Assembly: GCA_964436275.1 (NCBI GenBank)
Contig: CAYTBZ010000002.1
Span: forward strand, 13,660 to 77,659
Reading direction: 5' to 3'
Origin: an uncultured Gammaproteobacteria bacterium
Lineage (GTDB): Bacteria; Patescibacteriota; Patescibacteriia; UBA2591; CAYTBZ01
DNA: 64,000 nt
Part shown: one piece after another, positions 57,725 through 64,000 of the stretch
How the letters are laid out: each line of letters opens with the position of its first letter
Position numbering within the stretch: position 1 is the stretch's first letter
The notes under the pieces: generated by a model
The model's input: the letters and a program-made list of their open reading frames with translations, nothing else
Databases searched by the model: none
What the model was told of the DNA's origin: nothing
Translations under genes and position numbers: made by a program

Positions 57725-58765
57725 ATGAAAGATAAATTAAAAAAAATTAAAGATGAATTCTTAAAAAGAATAAAAGAATGTTCTTCTCTTGATGATTTAG
57801 AAAAAATAGAAAAGGATTATTTAGGGAGAAAGAGAGGCAAAATAACTTTACTTTTTAAAAAATTAAAAACTCTTCCACCAGAAGAACGACCATCAGTTGG
57901 GGCTCTATTAAATCAGGTTAAAAAAGAAATTAAAGAAAGGATAGAAAAAAGCCGTTTTCAATTAAGAGACAGAGAAAAGGAAAAATTATCTTTTGATATT
58001 ACTCTGCCCGGAAAGAAGATAGAACTTGGACACCTCCATCCTATTACTCAATTTTTAGAAAAAGTTATTGATGTTTTCCTTTCTTTGGGGTTTGAAGTAG
58101 TTGAAGGCAGGGAGATAGAGACAGAAAAATATAATTTTGATTTATTGAATATTCCTTCAGAACATCCAGCAAGGGATGTTTGGGATACTTTTTATTTAAA
58201 GCAATATCATCAGGAGAAAATAAAAGGAGAGGGCAAACTTCTTTTAAGGACGCATACTTCGCCAATGCAGATTAGAGCAATGGAAAAGAGAAAGCCGCCG
58301 GTTCGATTAATTATTCCCGGTCGCGTTTTTCGCCATGAAGCAACTGACCCGGGACACGAGACTACTTTTTATCAATGTGAAGGTTTAGTTATTGATAAAG
58401 AAATAAAAGTAACTGATTTAATCGGTACTTTAAAGATTGTTTTAGAGAGAATTTTCAAAAAAAAGATAAGAATAAGAGTGAGACCTTCTTATTATCCTTT
58501 TGTTGAGCCGGGTTTAGATATTGATATGCAATGTTTAATTTGCGGAGGTAAAGGATGTTCAGTATGTAAGCAAACTGGCTGGTTGGAAATGCTTGGTTCA
58601 GGAATGGTTCATCCTCAAGTTTTAAAAAATATGGGATTAAGTCCAGAAAAATATTCTGGTTTTGCTTTTGGAATGGGTATTGATAGAATGATGATGTTTT
58701 ATTATGGGGTTAATGATGTTCGTTTATCTTATAGTGGAGATTTAAGATTTATTAATCAATTCTAA
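57725..58765 (+). CDS. pheS: Phenylalanyl-tRNA synthetase alpha subunit
   Basis: Class II motifs: motif 2 FRHEATDPGHETTFYQCEG and motif 3 GFAFGMGIDRMMM. Confidence 0.93.
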   Translation: MKDKLKKIKDEFLKRIKECSSLDDLEKIEKDYLGRKRGKITLLFKKLKTLPPEERPSVGALLNQVKKEIKERIEKSRFQLRDREKEKLSFDITLPGKKIELGHLHPITQFLEKVIDVFLSLGFEVVEGREIETEKYNFDLLNIPSEHPARDVWDTFYLKQYHQEKIKGEGKLLLRTHTSPMQIRAMEKRKPPVRLIIPGRVFRHEATDPGHETTFYQCEGLVIDKEIKVTDLIGTLKIVLERIFKKKIRIRVRPSYYPFVEPGLDIDMQCLICGGKGCSVCKQTGWLEMLGSGMVHPQVLKNMGLSPEKYSGFAFGMGIDRMMMFYYGVNDVRLSYSGDLRFINQF

Positions 58766-58794
58766 TGAGAATAAAAGTCTAATGAGAATAAAAG
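58761..58794 (+). repeat. Perfect 17-bp tandem duplication (TCTAATGAGAATAAAAG x2) spanning the pheS stop
   Basis: Copy 1 at 58761-58777 and copy 2 at 58778-58794. Confidence 0.9.
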
Positions 58795-59207
58795 GAGAAA
58801 AAATAGAAGAAGAAAAAGAAGATTGGGAAATCTTGAGAAAAAAACTAGAGGAAATGGACGGCGAGGATCCACACTGGCAACTTATTGATATGAATGTTTT
58901 AGAAAAAGAAGAAATAGAATTGATTGAAGAAATATATAAACTTTTGGTTCAAAGCGAGGAAATTAGTCAAGAAGCAGTCAAGAATGCCGAGGAGGAGATT
59001 AATAATTATCGGAAAAGAATTAATGAATTTTGTAAGGAGAATCCAGAAATTTGTCAAAGAGCAAAAAATTATCTTGCTGACCGTTTAAATGAATGTAAAG
59101 ACAGGAGGATTCGTATGATAATTACTAAATTTAATTTAGCCGCTTTTCTCTTAAATAAACTTTTAAGAAAATATTTTGAAAGACAAATAAAAAGGAGAAA
59201 AGAATAA
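58782..59207 (+). CDS. Hypothetical acidic coiled-coil protein inserted between pheS and pheT
   Basis: 141-aa ORF with an uncertain start (an alternative ATG at 58854). The stop overlaps the pheT ATG. Confidence 0.35.
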   Translation: MRIKGEKIEEEKEDWEILRKKLEEMDGEDPHWQLIDMNVLEKEEIELIEEIYKLLVQSEEISQEAVKNAEEEINNYRKRINEFCKENPEICQRAKNYLADRLNECKDRRIRMIITKFNLAAFLLNKLLRKYFERQIKRRKE

Positions 59208-62008
59208 TGCTAGTTTCTTATAATTGGCTTAAAAAATTTGTTGAAATTAAGCTATCTCCGGAAAAATTAGCCGAAAAATTAACCCTTCTTGGTTTAGAAG
59301 TGGAAAAGGTTGTTTATCCAGGAAAAGGAATTCAGAAAATAGTAGTAGGAAGAATTATAGAGATTAAAAAACACCCTCAAGCAGATAGATTACAGGTTGT
59401 TAAAGTGGATATAGGCAAGAAAGTCATTAATGTTGTTTGCGGTGCTTTTAATATTAAAAAGGGAGATAAAGTGCCGGTTGCTTTACCCGGGGCTGTTCTT
59501 TCTGGCAAATTTAATAAATTAGTTATTCAAAAAGCTAAATTTAGAGGAGTAGAATCAGAAGGAATGCTTTGTGCTGAAGATGAGTTGGGTATTGGTGATG
59601 ACCACTCAGGTATCTATCTTTTAGACAAAGGAGCAAAAATTGGAGCAGATATTCGTGAGGTTTTAGAATTGAAAAACGAGGCAGTTTTTGAATTAGATAT
59701 TCCTGCCAATCGTGCTGATTGTTGGTCTCATTTAGGTGTTGCTCGGGAAATTGCTGCTTTACTGGGTAAGGAATTAAAAAACAAAGAAATTGTTAAATTA
59801 AATAGAGATAATTTCCAAAGAATTTTAAAAAATAATCCCGGAAGCAAAAAAATTCCTTCTTTGGAGGTTGAAATAAAGGATAAAAATTTTTGCCCTAAAT
59901 ATACAGCCAGAGTGATTAGAAAAGTAAAAATTAAGGAATCTCCTTCTTGGCTAAAAAATAAACTTCTTTCCCTTGGTTTAAGACCGATTAATAATGTAGT
60001 TGATATTACTAATTACTTAATGTTAGAATTGGGCCAGCCGCTTCATGCTTTTGATGGAGAAAAAGTAGATAAGGGTAGAAAAAGTAAAAAAATTATTGTA
60101 AGAAAGGCGAGAAGAGGAGAAAAAATACTTACTTTAGATGGTAAATTAAGAGAATTAGATAATTCTATTTATCTTATTGCTGACAGCCAACGTCCTTTGG
60201 CTATTGCCGGAATAATCGGAGGAGAGGAAAGTGAAATTACTCATCAGACAAAAGAGATTATTTTAGAATCTGCCCAGTTTAATCCTCTTCTTATTCGTCG
60301 TGCTTCGAGGAAGTTAGGATTACGCACTGAAAGTTCAGCGCGTTTTGAAAGAGGGGTTGATTGGAATATGACAGAAACAGCTTTAGAGAGGGCAACAGAA
60401 ATGATAGAAAAGATAGCCCAAGGCAAGCCAGTTAAGGAGAGAATATATTTAAGCGATAAGCCAATCTATTTACGCCGAGTAATAAAACTTCCTTTAAATT
60501 TTGTTTCTAAATTATTAGGTATAAAGATAGAAAAGAAGAGAATAAAAAAGATTTTACTTTCTTTGGGATTTAATGTTGCTGAGTTTATCCCTTCTTCTCT
60601 TTCTCCTTATGAGGCGAAAAATATTTTAATTAAGGAAGCAAAAAAGGTTCTTGGCAAAAAATATAAATATGGAGCCAAAGAAAATGAGGCACCGAACTAT
60701 TTTGATTGTTCATTGTTAGCCAAGTATCTTTATAGTAAACTCGGTTTTAAGATTCCTCGTTCTTCTATTGAACAAATTGAATTAGGGGAAAGAGTAGGTT
60801 TAAAAAAACTCCAGCCCGGCGATTTAATTTTTACTAGGGGAAATAGTCATTTTCATTATTCTGTCCATTATCCAAAAGGAGTAAGTCATTTAGGTATTTA
60901 TTTGGGAAAAGATAAAGTAATCCATGCTAACGGAGATAAGAAGAATGGCCGCTTAGGAGTGGTGGAACAAACACTTAAAGAGTTTTTAAGGGACAAAGAA
61001 TTTATAGAAGCGCGCAGAATAATTGGTCAAAAAGATGCTAAAGAGATGTTAATTGTTACTGTTCCTTCTTGGAGAGAGGATATTCGTCTTCCGATTGATT
61101 TAGTTGAAGAAATTGGACGAATTTTTGACTATAATAAAATGAAGCCCTCCCAGTTAATTACTTCTCTTAAACTTCAAAAGCCGAATGAGAGAATTATCTT
61201 AAAAAATAAATTAAGACACTTATTAATCTCTTCAGGTTTTAATGAAGTTTACAATTATTCTTTTCAAAAAGAAGGAAACGAAAAAGAGAATATTTTAGTT
61301 ATTAATCCCTTAAACCCCAATCAACGCTATTTAAGAAGAAGTTTGCTTTTCCATCTTTTTGAAAATATTCAGGAAAACCTAAAGAGATTTAATAAAGTGA
61401 AGGTCTTTGAAATTGGCCGAGTTTATTTTCCTCAAAAAGATAATCTGCCTAAGGAAGAGGAAAAAGTTGCTTTTGCTTTTGGTGCAGTTAATAAAAAGTT
61501 AGAAGAAAAGTTTTTCTTAATAAAAGGAACTTTCTCCTTAATTTTTGACCGTCTTGGCTTAAATCAGGAAAAAATAGTATATCAGAAAAGGGATAAGGAT
61601 ATAGTAATTAAGTTAGAAAAAAAAGAAATAGGGAAAATAGTTTTTTCTGATGATTTAGTTGGTGGAGAATTAGATTTTAATCTTTTATTAAAAAATAAAA
61701 AAGAAAAAAGTTTTCATCCGTTTTCTCCTTATCCAAGTATCCGAAGGGATTTGGCTATCTTAGTAAAAAAGGATATTTTCTATCAAGAAATAGAGAAAAC
61801 AATAAAAGAAGTTAGTCCCTTAATCAAGAAAATAGAATTATTTGATGTTTTTGAAAGTGAAAAATTGGGGAAAGATAAAAGAAGTTTGGCTTTTCATTTG
61901 GATTTTCAAGCCAGCGACCGAACTTTAACCACTGAAGAAGGAGAAAGAATTTTTAAAAAAATAGTTGATAAATTAAGAAATAAATTTGGCGCGGAATTAA
62001 GAGGATAA
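59207..62008 (+). CDS. pheT: Phenylalanyl-tRNA synthetase beta subunit carrying an inserted NlpC/P60 cysteine-peptidase domain
   Basis: Carries the tRNA-binding N-terminal domain, the B3/B4 editing domain, a split B5 domain (LGFNVAEF ... LIVTVPSWREDIRLPIDLVEEIGRIFDY) and a C-terminal domain. 933 aa, versus about 800 aa typical. The insert at about 60587-61048 has the motifs YKYGA...FDCS...PGDLIF...SHLGIYLG...IHA. Confidence 0.9.
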   Translation: MLVSYNWLKKFVEIKLSPEKLAEKLTLLGLEVEKVVYPGKGIQKIVVGRIIEIKKHPQADRLQVVKVDIGKKVINVVCGAFNIKKGDKVPVALPGAVLSGKFNKLVIQKAKFRGVESEGMLCAEDELGIGDDHSGIYLLDKGAKIGADIREVLELKNEAVFELDIPANRADCWSHLGVAREIAALLGKELKNKEIVKLNRDNFQRILKNNPGSKKIPSLEVEIKDKNFCPKYTARVIRKVKIKESPSWLKNKLLSLGLRPINNVVDITNYLMLELGQPLHAFDGEKVDKGRKSKKIIVRKARRGEKILTLDGKLRELDNSIYLIADSQRPLAIAGIIGGEESEITHQTKEIILESAQFNPLLIRRASRKLGLRTESSARFERGVDWNMTETALERATEMIEKIAQGKPVKERIYLSDKPIYLRRVIKLPLNFVSKLLGIKIEKKRIKKILLSLGFNVAEFIPSSLSPYEAKNILIKEAKKVLGKKYKYGAKENEAPNYFDCSLLAKYLYSKLGFKIPRSSIEQIELGERVGLKKLQPGDLIFTRGNSHFHYSVHYPKGVSHLGIYLGKDKVIHANGDKKNGRLGVVEQTLKEFLRDKEFIEARRIIGQKDAKEMLIVTVPSWREDIRLPIDLVEEIGRIFDYNKMKPSQLITSLKLQKPNERIILKNKLRHLLISSGFNEVYNYSFQKEGNEKENILVINPLNPNQRYLRRSLLFHLFENIQENLKRFNKVKVFEIGRVYFPQKDNLPKEEEKVAFAFGAVNKKLEEKFFLIKGTFSLIFDRLGLNQEKIVYQKRDKDIVIKLEKKEIGKIVFSDDLVGGELDFNLLLKNKKEKSFHPFSPYPSIRRDLAILVKKDIFYQEIEKTIKEVSPLIKKIELFDVFESEKLGKDKRSLAFHLDFQASDRTLTTEEGERIFKKIVDKLRNKFGAELRG

Positions 62009-62039
62009 GATAAAAAGAGATAAATTATTTTTTCTGAAA

Positions 62040-62065
62040 AAAGAAGGGAAATCCCTTCTTTTTTC
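62040..62065 (+). terminator. Rho-independent terminator GAAGGGA-aa-TCCCTTC followed by T7
   Basis: Located 32 nt after the pheT stop. Confidence 0.7.
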
Positions 62066-62086
62066 CTTGTCTTTTTTTGGTTTTTT

Positions 62087-62095
62087 TGATAAAAT
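62087..62095 (+). promoter_or_regulatory. Extended -10 TGATAAAAT upstream of gyrB
   Basis: TGATAAAAT lies 24 nt before the ATG at 62119. No SD sequence. Confidence 0.4.
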
Positions 62096-62100
62096 AATAA

Positions 62101-64000
<1,900 letters not shown>

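Overview
This 64 kb window is an AT-rich (roughly 30% GC), gene-dense stretch of a small bacterial genome. Its overall character fits a Candidate Phyla Radiation / Patescibacteria-type organism.

The backbone is one long plus-strand str-S10-spc ribosomal super-operon. It runs rpsL-rpsG-fusA-[small ORF]-tuf-rpsJ-rplC-rplD-rplW-rplB-rpsS-rplV-rpsC-rplP-rpmC-rpsQ-rplN-rplX-rplE-rpsN(Z-type)-rpsH-rplF-rplR-rpsE-rplO-secY-adk-adk'-map. It has no rpmD (L30). After map it continues into ruvX and a WecA-like GT4 transferase instead of infA-rpmJ-rpsM-rpsK-rpsD-rpoA-rplQ.

Other calls are rpmB (L28, minus strand, missed by the ORF track), rplU and rpmA (in separate places), recR, dnaB, tRNA-Lys(UUU), and a P2-type ATPase, a 71-aa membrane protein and a CaCA exchanger. 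There are also tandem asnS/aspS, an HD hydrolase, a YbaK-like deacylase with a polylysine tail, scpAB, mraY-ftsW-murG, DUF72, holB, a BNR-repeat lipoprotein, gap, argS, DJ-1/PfpI, a 772-aa K/E-rich protein coupled to pgk, cysS, corA, a UvrD-like helicase fused to a Cas4/AddB-type Fe-S nuclease, a DciA-like protein, pheS, pheT and the 5' part of gyrB.

The most striking observation is a complete NlpC/P60 papain-like cysteine-peptidase domain inserted in-frame inside the B5 domain of PheT.

Other notable points:
- A recurring leaderless-mRNA promoter architecture (TGnTAnAAT placed 6-7 nt before the ATG) occurs at four or more genes.
- Two consensus TTGACA-17-TATAAT promoters are present. One drives a 44-aa hydrophobic ORF.
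- Tandem adenylate kinases overlap by 14 nt.
- L24 carries a zinc ribbon.
- A structured 208-nt spacer between rpsJ and rplC contains competing hairpins.
- The P-type ATPase reads DKTLT and TGEW instead of DKTGT and TGES.
- The bacterial-type AspRS lacks the GAD domain.

No CRISPR array, rRNA or obvious mobile element is present.
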